Source: Octopus vulgaris
Lineage: Eukaryota
NCBI GenBank assembly: GCA_951406725.2
Contig: OX597824.1
Span: 20,212,001-20,276,000, forward strand
DNA: 64,000 bases
Direction of reading: 5' to 3'
Part shown: positions 27,301 through 40,298 of the stretch, piece after piece
Position numbering within the stretch: the stretch's first letter is position 1
Layout: each line of letters begins with the position of its first letter
Translations under genes and position numbers: made by a program
The notes under the pieces: model-generated
The model's input: the letters and a program-made list of their open reading frames with translations, nothing else
Database searches by the model: none
Told to the model about the DNA's origin: nothing

Positions 27301-28513
27301 TCCTCCATTTCTCTTCCTACTCCATACCATCGACTACCACCACCACCACCACCATCACCACGGACATCATCAATAACACATAACGCTACCACCTTTACCT
27401 ACATCCAAACCACCACCACCACCATCATCATAATCCCCAATAACAACACCATCACCACCACCATCACTTCCACCGTCGGCATCACCGCCACCACCACCAT
27501 CACCACCACCACCACCACCGCCATGGCTACCAAACATTATCACTCCTACCACCATTCCCCTTATTACTGCTGTCCAGCCTCACACTTCACTCTCCCTCCC
27601 TCCTTTTCCCCCCTCTCCCACTTTCTCGTTCACATTCCAGCCCCCTACCACCGACCCCTGCAAAGATTAGTGACGTCATTGCTAATGTAAATTAGGTCTG
27701 CAGTGCGCTGTGCTGTAACGACTAGGGCGATGACGATGAATGACAATGGCGAAGGCGGCGGCGGCGGTGGTAGTGGTGCTGGCGATGGTGATGGTGGTGG
27801 TGGCGACGTTGTAGTGATGATCATTTCGTAGTAGAGATGGCGGTGGAGATGGTGGTGATGATGGTGGCGATGGGGGTGGTGGTGGTGGCGGCGGCTGCGG
27901 TGATAGAGATTGCATATGTGGTGGTATTGGGTGATGACGATGATGATGATGATGATGGTGGTGAGTGACAATGATGTTGATGGTGGTGGTGGTGGTGGTG
28001 GTGGTGATGGTGGTAATGATAGATGAAGATTATGATAGCCGTGCTGCTGCGGCCGCTGCTGCTACTGCTGCTGCTGCTAATGGTGTTGATGATGATGATG
28101 ATGATGATGATGGTAGTGGTTAGAATGAGTAGAAGGAGGAGGAGGAGGAGGAAAGAGATGTGGGGGGGCGGTGGGAAGGAAGATGCTGACGACGTCAGCG
28201 AACGGAAGCGGAGTGCTATCAGCAGAGAAGTTGAGCCGTTTTAAAATGTATGGGGGGGGCGGGGAGGAGGATGGAACACTGGCAGACGACATTGAAACAA
28301 GAGGAGAAAGTGGTGGTGGTGGCGATGGAGGTTGAGACCGAGGTGGGGGCGGGGGTGGGGGAAGATGTGACACAGACAGACAGAGAGAGATAGAGACAGA
28401 GAGAGATAGAGACAGATAGAGAGAGAGAAAGAGGTGAGTGAGAGAAGCAGAGAGAATGAGTTGTAGTTGGAGGAAAACAAATATATTTGTTACAATAGCG
28501 GACCTTGGATCAT

Positions 28514-28548
<35 letters not shown>

Positions 28549-28719
28549 TCCTGTCACTGTTCTTTCGTTAATCACAATACTTTTCTCTATCTACCTACCT
28601 ACCTATTTACCTATCTACCTGTCTTCCAATCTATCTACATAACTACCTACCTGCCTAACTATCTTCTAGTGTAGCTATCTACTTTTCAATTCATCCATCT
28701 ATGTATGTATGTATGTATG

Positions 28720-28776
<57 letters not shown>

Positions 28777-28806
28777 GTCTGTCTGTCTGTCTATATATCT
28801 ATCTAA

Positions 28807-28840
<34 letters not shown>

Positions 28841-28889
28841 CTCTATCTACCTATCTATCTATCTATCTATCTATCTATCTGTCTATCTG

Positions 28890-28936
<47 letters not shown>

Positions 28937-29104
28937 GTCTGTCTGTCTGTCAGTGTTTTTATCTATATATTATTCTACCAACCTATTTACCTATAAGTCA
29001 ATCTATCTATCTATCTATTTATCTATCTGCCTGTCGGTCAGTCTGCCTGTCTGTGTATCTATATCTATCTGTCAATCTCTATATATATATCTATCGATCT
29101 TTTA

Positions 29105-29484
29105 TGGAGCGAGCTAGCAGAATCGTTAGCACGCCGGGTTCTGAGTTCAAATTCTGCCGAGGTCGACTTTGCCTTTCATCCTTTCGGAGTCGATAAATTA
29201 AGTACCAGTTACGCACTGGGTCGATGTAATCGACTTAATCCGTTTGTCTGTCCTTGTTTGTCCTCTCTGTGTTAACCCCTTGTGGGTAGTAAAGAAATAG
29301 GTATTTCGTCTGATTTACGTTCTGAGTCCAAATTCCGCCGAAGTCGACTTAGCCTTTCATCCTTTCGGAGTCGATCAAATAAGTACCAGTTACGCACTGG
29401 GGTCGTAAGTCGTAATCGACTTAATCCGTTTGTCTGTCCTTGTTTGTCCCCTCTGTGTTAACCCTTGTGGGTAGTAAAGAAATA
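29105..29484 (+). mobile_element. SINE family B multimer: partly deleted head plus two bodies
   Basis: Junction gtaaagaaata|ggtatttcgtctg at ~29300; ctatcgatct on both flanks. Confidence 0.9.
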
Positions 29485-29767
29485 TATATATACCTATCGA
29501 TCTATCTTTTGAATTCGTCTATGTTTTGAATTCAACTATGTATCTATTTTTCTACCCACCTATTTACCTATAAATCAGCCTATCGGTCAGTCTGCCTGTC
29601 TGTGTATCGATATCTATCTGTCGATCTCTCTATATATCTATCGATCTATATGTCAATGTTTCTATCATTCTATCTAGCTTCTAATCCTTCTCCTTATCAA
29701 TCCATTTATCAACCTGCCAGTGTTTCCTCTCACTCTCTCTCTCCCTTTCTCTCTCTCTCTCTCTCTC

Positions 29768-29842
<75 letters not shown>

Positions 29843-29928
29843 CTCTTTGAAAAAAAAACAAAAGACGAAGACAGATGGTGTACAAAACAAACAGATGTAT
29901 TAGTATAACGCTCGGGAATAGAAAAAGT

Positions 29929-29964
29929 CTTTTACGTTTCGAGCCTACGCTCTTCTACAGAAAG
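29929..29964 (-). ncRNA. Hammerhead-like motif (family H2, core variant CUGUAGA)
   Basis: CUUU CUGUAGA A GAGC-GUAG-GCUC GAAA CGUA AAAG. Confidence 0.55.
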
Positions 29965-30027
29965 GGACACAGAAAAAACAAGGAGAGAAAAAAAATGTGT
30001 AGTGGCTAACGATCTATCATGGCGACT

Positions 30028-30076
<49 letters not shown>

Positions 30077-30081
<5 letters not shown>

Positions 30082-30315
30082 ATTTTACATATATATACCA
30101 TTCTGCCTAAAAAATGGATCTACAACTTCAATATCCCTACATATCTGGCATCTATTTTCTTTTCTCCACCTCACTCTCTATTTTGTATCACATCGAAACT
30201 AACTATGACTTAACCATCCTCTAACACCGTCTCCGATGAAGGAATATTATTAATTAATATCCTAGAAACAGCTGTCTACACAGCCTTGCTTTTATTAATC
30301 TCATTATGCAAAAAA
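30077..30315 (+). mobile_element. Penelope-like terminal (pLTR-type) fragment containing hammerhead-like motif H3 at 30229-30280
   Basis: Homologous to 40515-40773; GUCU CCGAUGA A GGAAUAUU...AAUAUCCU A GAAA CAGCUG UC. Confidence 0.65.
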
Positions 30316-30356
30316 TTCTTATATATATATATATGGAAAATAGTAAAAAGTGAAAA

Positions 30357-30632
30357 AACTGTGCAACATGCCCAAACCTTCTAGAAGGATCAGAATTCCT
30401 CTTCAAAGAGGGACAAAAATTCAAGATCAAATCTAATTTTACTTGTGCCTCTGAAAACATAATTTATGTCATAAGATGCTCGGGCTGCCACCAAAACTAC
30501 GTGGTGTCCACGGGACTATCACTCAGACGTAGATGCACACTGCATCGACAACAGATTGCATTCCCAGAATACAGAATGATACCCTTTAGTGGGCATATTG
30601 AGAAATGCGCAAAGCAACTCTCACCCCATTAA
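30357..30632 (+). pseudogene. GIY-YIG endonuclease fragment of a Penelope-like element (Neptune-type), missed by the ORF track because it lacks a start codon
   Basis: NCATCPNLLEGSEFLFKEGQKFKIKSNFTCASENIIYVIRCSGCHQNYVVSTGLSLRRRCTLHRQQI...SGHIEKC: CxxC linker, FTC.S.N.IY.I.C..C...YV(G).T...R...H. Confidence 0.85.
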
Positions 30633-30957
30633 AAAAAAAAAAGGCAAGAAATATTAAGCGATTATCTCCCTTACACCGGAAGAAATCACTTATTACCTCC
30701 CCTTACCTGGAACTCTTCTTTACACTTCTTAACGAACGAAATCATAACAATGTTTTGAGAAATTTTAAAAGTTAAACACGAAATCGGTAATTTCTTCAAA
30801 AACTATGTCACTATATGAAAAAAATTTATAACATTCTTCTGACATAATGACTCAAATATATATTTTTTAACCATTTAAAACAAGCCTTCTGTAGTTTTTT
30901 CACTTTTTACTATTTTCTATATATCCAACCACGTGCTTTCACACACCAACTTTCTCA

Positions 30958-30995
<38 letters not shown>

Positions 30996-30997
<2 letters not shown>

Positions 30998-31157
30998 CAC
31001 AGGAGTGGCTGTGTGATAAGTAGCTTGCTTACCAACCACATGATTCCGATTTTAGTCTCACTGCATGGCACCTTGGGTATGTGTCTTTCACTATAGCCTC
31101 GGGCTGACCAAAGCCTTGTGGGTGGATTTGGAAGACAGAAACTGAATAGAGCCCGTC

Positions 31158-31158
<1 letters not shown>
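30996..31158 (+). mobile_element. SINE family A, 5' half
   Basis: Matches the family A head and core. Confidence 0.88.
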
Positions 31159-31240
<82 letters not shown>

Positions 31241-31259
31241 CATATATATGTATGTATAC

Positions 31260-31291
<32 letters not shown>

Positions 31292-31668
31292 GGAGGCGCA
31301 ACGGCCCAGTGGTTAGGGCAGCGGACTCGCGGTCGTAGGATCGCGGTTTCGATTCCCAGACCGGGCGTTGTGAGTGTTTATTGAGCGAAAACACCTAAAG
31401 CTCCACGAGGCTCCGGTAGGGATGGTGGTGATCCCTGCTGTACTCTTTCACCACAACTTTCTCTCACTCTTACTTCCTGTTTCTGTTGTACCTGTATTTC
31501 AAGGGGCCGGCCTTGTCACTCTGTGTCACGCTGAATATCCCTGAGAACTGCGTTAAGGGTACACGTGTCTGTGGAGTGCTCAGCCACTTACACGTTAATT
31601 TCACGAGCAGGCTGTTCCGTTGATTCGGATCAACCGGAACCCTCGTCGTCGTAAATCGACGGAGTGCT
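31292..31668 (+). mobile_element. tRNA-derived SINE family C, full length
   Basis: Head ggaggcgcaacggcccagtggttagggcagcggactcgcggtcgtaggatcgcggtttcgattccc (A box, B box); second copy at 50291. Confidence 0.9.
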
Positions 31669-31759
31669 TCCATATATGTATGTATATTTATATGCATAAG
31701 AATCTCTCACTCTCTCTCTACACCCACACATATATACATATATGTATTCGTGTGTGTGC

Positions 31760-31810
<51 letters not shown>

Positions 31811-32158
31811 CGTATATCATTCTTGCGTATGTTTTATAGACAATATTCCATAGACTTTTAGCGGGCATGGCTGAAATATGTGGGGTGTTATCTCTCCTTC
31901 TCTCTATCTCTGCTTCTCTCTCTCTCCCCCTCTCTCTCATTTGTACCCACATCATACATAGAATGTCTTTGTAAACATGATCGATGTGATTGCAATCTTC
32001 AAGACAAGATAAAGAGAGAGAAAAAAAGGACGGGAAAGGAAAGAGAGAAGGAGAACAACGGAGGGTAAGGCGGAGGAAAAGGTTGGACAGGTAAAGGTGT
32101 ACAAATATATGTGCGTGTATGTATGTGTGAGTGCTATTGTGTCCGAGTGTGTGTGTGT

Positions 32159-32229
<71 letters not shown>

Positions 32230-32318
32230 CTGCTAGACAGACAGGCAGACAGACAGACATAGATAGATAGCAAAATGAAAGCAAGAAAGAAAAAAGATAG
32301 ATAGATAGACAGACAGAC

Positions 32319-32489
<171 letters not shown>

Positions 32490-32659
32490 ACGATAGATAT
32501 TATGTGGTTGGGAAAGTGAGAAAATGAGATGGGCAGGAGTAGAAAAACTTAAAGTTTGGAGGGGGAAAAAATCAATATTTGGATTCTTGAAGTAGTTTCA
32601 ATAATGAAGTCTAACTTACTGGAGAGATGTGGAATCAGTGGGGTGGGGTCGGAGTACTA

Positions 32660-33144
32660 GGGCACTGGCTTGAGGAGAACGATGATGATGATGATGGTGA
32701 TGATGACGATGAGAAAGTAGAGGAGGAGGACGATGGTGATAATGTTGATGACGATGGTGATGTTACAGATGATGATGATGATGATGATGACGATGATGAT
32801 GATGATGACGACTACGACGATGATTATGATGATGATAATGATGATGATGATGATGGTGATGATAACGACGAAAACGAGGAGGAAGAGGAAGGGGAAGAGG
32901 AGAAGAGAAAATGATGAAGACGACGACGACGACAATGATGATGATGATGATGATGACGAAGACGAGGTGGAAGAGGAAGAGGGAGAGGAGGAGGATAATG
33001 TTGATGATGATGGTGATGATGATGACGACGACGACAATGATGATGATGATGATGATGATGATGACGAAAACGAGGTGGAAGAGGAAGAGGGAGAGGAGGA
33101 GGATAATGTTGATGATGATGGTGATGATGAAGACGACGACGACA

Positions 33145-33175
<31 letters not shown>

Positions 33176-33255
33176 CGAAAACGAGGTGGAAGAGGAAGAG
33201 GGAGAGGAGGAGGATAATGTTGATGATGATGGTGATGATGATGACGACGACGACA

Positions 33256-33294
<39 letters not shown>

Positions 33295-33330
33295 TTGATG
33301 ATGACGACGACGATGATGATGATGATGGTC
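32660..33330. repeat. (GAT/GAG)n compound repeat with three ~110-bp higher-order units
   Basis: acgaggtggaagaggaagagggagaggaggaggataatgttgatg recurs at ~32962, ~33070 and ~33181. Confidence 0.92.
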
Positions 33331-33652
33331 TAGTTGATATACTTTGATTTTTTAAAAATGCTTTAATTATTGGATGGGATATTGTGTTTAGTGCCAAAAT
33401 TTGAAATCGATATTCGGATTAAGAGAATGAAATACGTACCATGCATGCATGATGGCCGCTGCTCGTTCTTGTTCATGCGATGCCCGTGCACGCTACTTTT
33501 GTTTTTAAAAGAAGTGGGGAGAGGCCTTGCTATACAACCAATCCCCATTCTCTGAACGATGATGGCAACGGACACCCCCGGCCAAAAGGAGAACGGGCCA
33601 ACATCGCTGGCTGCCATCGAGTGACAGACTTTATTTATTATATGAGATGCAT

Positions 33653-33821
33653 GGAAGGAAGGAAGAAAGGAAGGAAGGAAGGAAGGAAGGAAGGAAGGAA
33701 GGAAGAGAGAAGGAAGGAAGGAAAGAAACTATGGAAGGAAAGAAACGATGGAAGGAACGAACGAACGACAGAACAAAGGAAGGGATGAACGAAGGAAGGA
33801 ATAAAGAAAGGAAAGAAAGGA

Positions 33822-33852
<31 letters not shown>

Positions 33853-33981
33853 GAAAGAAGGAAAGAAAGAAAGAAGAAAGAAAGAGAGAAAGAAAGAAAG
33901 AAAGAAAGAAAGGAAAAAAAGAAAGAAAGAAAGAAAGAAAGAAAGGAAGGAAGGAAGGAAGGAAGGAAGAAGGAAGAAGGC

Positions 33982-34028
<47 letters not shown>

Positions 34029-34093
34029 GAAGGAAGAAGGAAGGAAGAAAGAAAGAAAGAAAGAAAGAAAGAGAGAAAGAAGGAAGGAAGGAA

Positions 34094-34150
<57 letters not shown>

Positions 34151-34229
34151 GAAGGAAGGAAGGAAGGAAGGAAGGAAGGAAGGAAGGAAGGAAAGAAGGA
34201 AGAAGGAAGAAGGCAGAAAGGAAGGACGA

Positions 34230-34265
<36 letters not shown>

Positions 34266-34412
34266 AATAGAAGAAAGAAGGAAGGAAGAAAGAAAGGAAG
34301 GAAGAAGGAGAAGAATGAAAGAAGGAAAGAAAGAAATAGAAGAAAGAAGGAAGGAAGAAATAAAGGAAGGAAGAAGGAGAAGAAAGAAAGAAAGAAAGAA
34401 AGAAAGGAAAGG
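33653..34412. repeat. (GAAA/GGAA)n homopurine tract, ~760 bp
   Basis: Directly visible. Confidence 0.95.
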
Positions 34413-34616
34413 AACAAATGAAAGAACCCAGTGCTGGTCTTGTAGTGTATTTTATCGAACCCGAAGTAAAACTCACGCTCTGACAGTCACAAGCAACGCG
34501 AGAGGTTTCGAATCACTTACTCCCTTAGGGTGTGTCGTGTGGTCCTTAGCTTGGTGGAGACATTAGATAAAAGGGATTCTGTGTGTCGTACTTCATCGCT
34601 CAACCGACAAGGGTCT

Positions 34617-34774
<158 letters not shown>

Positions 34775-35172
34775 GCCTCTGGCATATAGCATGCGTAGTC
34801 CGAGAGCGAAACTGAAGTGACAGCATCCAACGAACAAACATCTCACCATCTCAACAAAACCATTCGAATCAACCAGCTTGACTTTCAAGATCAAGCACTC
34901 CCGCACACTCCAACAAACCAATCAGATCGACTAATAGACCTCTCCTACGCTCTAAAACAAAAGAAGGCCATTATTTACAGGGGCATTAAATATCTGCAAA
35001 TTTTTTTTTTATCACGGTCTGACGAATCGTAAAAATAAAACTGACAGCAATCGGACTTAATTGAACTTTTCAGTATCTGAACTCAATACTTTATTGCACT
35101 CTCTATATCGAGTTATCTGATTTTCGAGTATATATTTGCATATGAGTTGGTATATACACACACACACACACA

Positions 35173-35225
<53 letters not shown>

Positions 35226-35235
35226 CATACACATA

Positions 35236-35373
<138 letters not shown>

Positions 35374-36336
35374 TATATATACTTATGTAGTGAGTGTATA
35401 TGTTCAGTATCAAGTATTGAAGTGGCTGCGTGTATATTATTAGAAGAATTCTTACAAAGAAGAAGGAATTTAAGAACTATATATTTACTACATAAAAATA
35501 TATTTTATTCATTGGTTATTGATGAAATATAATCAAAATGTAGAATCTAGTTGAATGAAGTAATCTATGCAAGAACGTCCAGTGACAGGAAATGTAGAAG
35601 TCAGCTAAGTGGTGGCTTTCAGTCATATGGCATAGAGAAATAGACAGGCATAGCAACGACGTGAATGGCTCAGTCTAGTCGACTAAGAAGCAAAGAGCAG
35701 AGCAAGCAAACTGTTTTTGTTAATGGAACGCTAGACATTCTAGAAACTTCCAAGAGAAACGCGAAGCTTCTTGAATAATTAAGAATTACTTCTCATGACG
35801 TAGATGTTTCGGGAAACTTATTAAAGGGAGATGACTCTATAAAGCTTCTTGCAAGATCGATCATTCAACTATTTTAGCTACATATCACAAACTACTACAC
35901 ACCTTCCTTGGCAGAATTAACGTTACGCAATAATGAAAATAACAAATGTATACACCATAAAATGTCAAATTATAGGAACAATATCACAGTTCAAATGTAA
36001 TAAATGTTTGTTAAATTTTGGGGCCGATACACATGTCTAGCGCTTTTGGTAGTCCGAGTTTGTGAAGTTGTGTGTAAAGGACGCGTTTGTAATGCTGTGT
36101 GTGCGTTGTCTGTAGTGGGGTTGGAAATAGTTTTTTTTTCAACGTGAGCCCTTTTTAGTCTAACAACAGATCACATACTACTACACTTACACACACCACA
36201 TGTATGTGTGTGTGAGAAAGTGAGAGAGTATGTCTGAGTGTGTGTGTGTGTATGCGTATATATACATACCGGAGTAAGCACATGAATGTGAAACAAGGAG
36301 GAAAAAGAGTACTCAAATATCAGAGGTAGAGTAATA

Positions 36337-36499
36337 TACTTTATTTAAAAGCAGCAGAAATATAACAAAAGCTGTTACTCAGAGTTTCACGTTCCCGTTC
36401 GTCGGACAGTTTTGTTAAAATAGAACCTGTCCGACGAACGGGAACGTGAAACTCTGAGTAACAGCTTTTGTTATATTTCTGCTGCTTTTAAATAAAGTA
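36337..36499. repeat. Perfect ~73-bp-arm fold-back, each arm carrying hammerhead-like motif H4
   Basis: tactttatttaaaagcagcag...gtcggacag / ctgtccgac...ctgctgcttttaaataaagta with a 17-nt spacer. Confidence 0.92.
36427..36464 (+). ncRNA. Hammerhead-like motif H4 (mirror copy at 36372-36409 on the minus strand)
   Basis: CUGU CCGACGA ACG-GGAA-CGU GAAA CUC-U-GAG UA ACAG: all three stems pair, GNRA loop II, GUA site; U4-to-C core variant. Confidence 0.7.
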
Positions 36500-36505
36500 C
36501 ATACT

Positions 36506-36560
<55 letters not shown>

Positions 36561-36930
36561 ATATACTACTTAGTAAATGAGTGACAAAGATCATAGTTAC
36601 GTAATCACTTGCATTAGCTTCCAGTTGTTTCTGCTATTAACATTCAGCTCCAGTTGCACGGTTATTTAGAGTAGAATGCGCTATAAGCTAATAAATGTGA
36701 TTACATAAATTGTGTCCTTTGTCTCATTTATTTATTAACATTACATTCCGTACTGATTTGTTGATTTATATAAAACTCTGGACAGGAGTACGTTGGAAAA
36801 TACACATCTTCCATATCTAACCGTCGACCTTTTGATACTATGATTTATAAATACTAACGGGGACCCGTGAATATTTCACGAAATTAACGGTAAATCTATT
36901 GGGTCATTTCTGAAAACTTTATCCAAAATA

Positions 36931-37123
36931 CAGTTCTATATTTAAGAAATAAGGAATTATGTACATTATTTACATTATTTACATTCGCCGGATATTTGTC
37001 CTATCTTGTTTGTTGTTAACACAATGTTTCGGCTGATATACTCTCCAGCCTTCTTCAGGTGTCTTGAGGAAATTTTGAATCCGGGTTCTCATTCCTAAGG
37101 TATTTTTCGATGTTGCTATTATT

Positions 37124-37174
<51 letters not shown>

Positions 37175-37308
37175 GAGGTCACTGCTTGGAATCCAACTCG
37201 GAATCTTGGGGTTAGTAGCCCGCGCTCTTAACCACTACGCCATATTCCCGTGGGCATATGAGGACAAATATCCGTCGAATGTAAATAATGTAAATAATAT
37301 AAATAATG
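36931..37308 (-). mobile_element. Composite retroposon: inverted tail fragment + tRNA-like head + (AAC)n + hammerhead H1 + tail, with 13-bp TSD
   Basis: TSD tttatccaaaata at 36918-36930 and 37309-37321; A box TGGCGTAGTGG (37242-37232); B-box-like GAGTTGGATTCC (37199-37188); hammerhead at 37063-37018. Confidence 0.8.
37018..37063 (-). ncRNA. Hammerhead-like motif H1
   Basis: GACAC CUGAAGA A GGCUG-GAGAGUAUAU-CAGCC GAAA CAUU GUGUU. Confidence 0.68.
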
Positions 37309-38524
37309 TTTATCCAAAATAATTGAAAACGTAGCCTGTGATGTGTCTATATCAAAAGATAGTCGCTCATCTTCTAATCATTGAAAAGTCAAGGAAATTG
37401 GAATACGATGATTATTTAATATATGTACACTTTATATAATTTATGTACAATTTTATAGACTTAATACACAGCATTCTCCCTCTTTTCCTCTCGCTCTTCG
37501 CCTTACCCTCCTTTTCTCTCTCATTCCCCCCCCCCTCGCCTTCAACTGATCACGTGAAAGCGTTACTGACGGGCTAAGCAACGGAGGGAAAAAACAGTTA
37601 AAAAATTACACATTTCACTCACCACCACCTCTCCCTCTCCTTCCCCTCCCATATCTCCCCCATCCATATCCCCTCCCCACGTCACACTCCATCCCCTCCC
37701 CTTCAAATAATCACGTGGAAGCGTTACGAACGGGCTAAGTAACGGAGAAGAAAGTAGAATTATTATAAGCTATTGAGTTATTGATACAGCTATGCCCAAG
37801 AGGAATCATGATGTATATGTGTTTGTGTGTGTGTGCGTGTGCGTATGTGTGTGTGCACATGTGTGCTTGTGTATGTATGTATGTATATATGTATGTGTGG
37901 AGGAGAGGTGGCGGCGGGGTAGGAGGCGGGAAGAAAGATTAGGAGGAGGAGGAGGGGTGGGGAGGGAGAGGGGAAGGGAGCAAGAGGAATGGGAGGAGGA
38001 GGAATAGGAGGAGGAATGGAAGGAAGAGGAATAGGAGGAATGGGAGGAGGATGGGGAATGGATGGAAGGGGAATGAGATGAGGAATGGGCGGAGGAGGAG
38101 TGGGAGGAGGAAGAAGAGGAAAAGGAAGAGGAAGAGGAAAAGGAGGAGGAGGAAGAGTTGAGGAAGCGGAGAAGGAAAAAGAAGAAGAAGAAGAAGAAGA
38201 AGAAGAAGAAGAAGCGGGGGAGGAGGAGGAGGAGAAGGTCGTCAAAAGTAAGAGAGATAATCGCAGACAGAGAGATAATCACGAATTTCGCGGAGGAGTT
38301 CGCATTGTCCTTGTTTCCAAAACCCGACGAATGGGAACCTACCCCTGCCCTAGACAACGGCACACCCCTAATATCGTAAGACGATGAGGACACATATGGT
38401 TGCCGGAGAAGAGTGGGGAAACTACTAGAAAGGAAAAAGGAAGAAGTAAAGCTCTGTGTTCAGAAGAAAGGGAGAACCTGGGCTAAAAAGCAGGTGAGGA
38501 GCAAGAGAAAGACGAAGAGAAAGC

Positions 38525-38574
38525 AAAATGATAATAATAATAATAATTATAATAATAACAACAACAACAACAAC

Positions 38575-38623
<49 letters not shown>

Positions 38624-38664
38624 CAACAACATAATAATAATAATAACAACAACATAATAATAAC

Positions 38665-38696
<32 letters not shown>

Positions 38697-38721
38697 CAAT
38701 AATAATAACAACAATAATAAC

Positions 38722-38762
<41 letters not shown>

Positions 38763-38803
38763 CAATAATAATAACAACAATAATAATAATAATAATAATA
38801 ATG

Positions 38804-38879
<76 letters not shown>

Positions 38880-39040
38880 TGATGATGATGATGATGACGA
38901 TGATGACGACGACGATGATGACGATGATGATGACGATGATGACGACGATGATGACGACGATGATGACGACGATGACGACGACGACGACGACGACGACGAT
39001 GATGACGACGACGACGACGATGATGATGATGATGATGATT
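38525..39040. repeat. (AAT/AAC)n then (GAT/GAC)n microsatellites
   Basis: Directly visible. Confidence 0.95.
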
Positions 39041-40021
39041 TAGGAACCTTCGAAATACTAATCAGTCCGTGCTAAACCAAATAAACATGCTGAGTGATGA
39101 AAGACAGGACAGTTAATTCCACGTCGAAGAAGAAGAAATAAGCCTGGAATACAGGCGATACACAAATGAAATACTTTGGAGTTGAAATATCACTAAAAAC
39201 TGTTGTGTGGAAGCAGGACACCCCTGTTGGTTGGCTCCTATTGGACTGTGCCACAATATAAATGGACATGCGCAGAGAGCCTTCAGGGCAGAGTAAAGCC
39301 GAGAGCTGTGTATTGTCGAGGGTTATTGCCAGTGTCTTGAGTAGAATGATTTGAGAAGACATTATTATTGTCCCGTTATATCGTACGACGAACGTGCGAT
39401 ACAGCAAAAACCCTTTCAACTGAAGGGACAGGATCATTCAGAGAGTATAGGGTGCTTTTTGTTTTGCACCATGCGAAGGGGATTAGCTTAAAGGTTAGGA
39501 TGTTGCACTTTGTTTGTCCCCATCTGTGTTTAGCCCCTTGTGGGTAGTAAAGAAATATATAACATTGTGGTTTGCATTTCCGGACCGGGCGGTGCGTTGA
39601 GTTTTTGAACAAGGACTGGCGACCCGTTGGAAGTGTAGAGTGTTTTGTAATCGCGTCATTCATACTCTATGAGGACTGGGTTAAACATTTTAGTCCTAGG
39701 GCTCATGACGGACCTGGGTCATGCAGCGGAGGTTAAAGTGCACCAAATGTCAGTACAAGCAGTGACAAGTGAGAAGAGTTGTGGGGTACTCTGGTTCAGC
39801 ATAACTGGTGGTTTCTGGCATGCATACATACACACACACACATCTATATATCAAAACGCATGCACACAGGCACGCATTCTCATACACACAAAATATATGC
39901 ATGGACCTGTGTGTACATAGATACACACACACACATATATATGTATGTACGTGAATACATATATGCACGTATATATATATATATATATATGTGTGTGTAC
40001 GAGCATACACATATGAACGTA

Positions 40022-40056
<35 letters not shown>

Positions 40057-40298
40057 GGGTTATGAGAGGAAATTATCTTCATAACTCTCTCTCTCTCTCT
40101 CTCTCTTATATATATATATATATATATAATAGAGAGAGAGAGAGAGAGAGGGAGGGAGGTGTCAATAAAACCCAGATGTGTCAGGTAATGATGAGTAAGT
40201 GCTATGGTCAGTCTATAGTTAAGCTCCAGGTTCGGTGATTATGCGAATGAGGAGTCCAACGTAGGTCATATATCAGCATGTGTTTATATAATCTTTTA

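Noticed and set aside
31292-31365. Functional tRNA gene (also the heads at 50291, 58380 and 37242)
   Set aside because: The acceptor stem does not close properly and each head continues into a SINE body, some with TSDs
35520-35945. Possible solo LTR
   Set aside because: No convincing TG...CA ends with TSD, PBS or PPT could be identified
39045-39760. Possible host exon or transposase in a unique-looking segment
   Set aside because: The frames I translated contain stops or no recognisable motif; left unannotated
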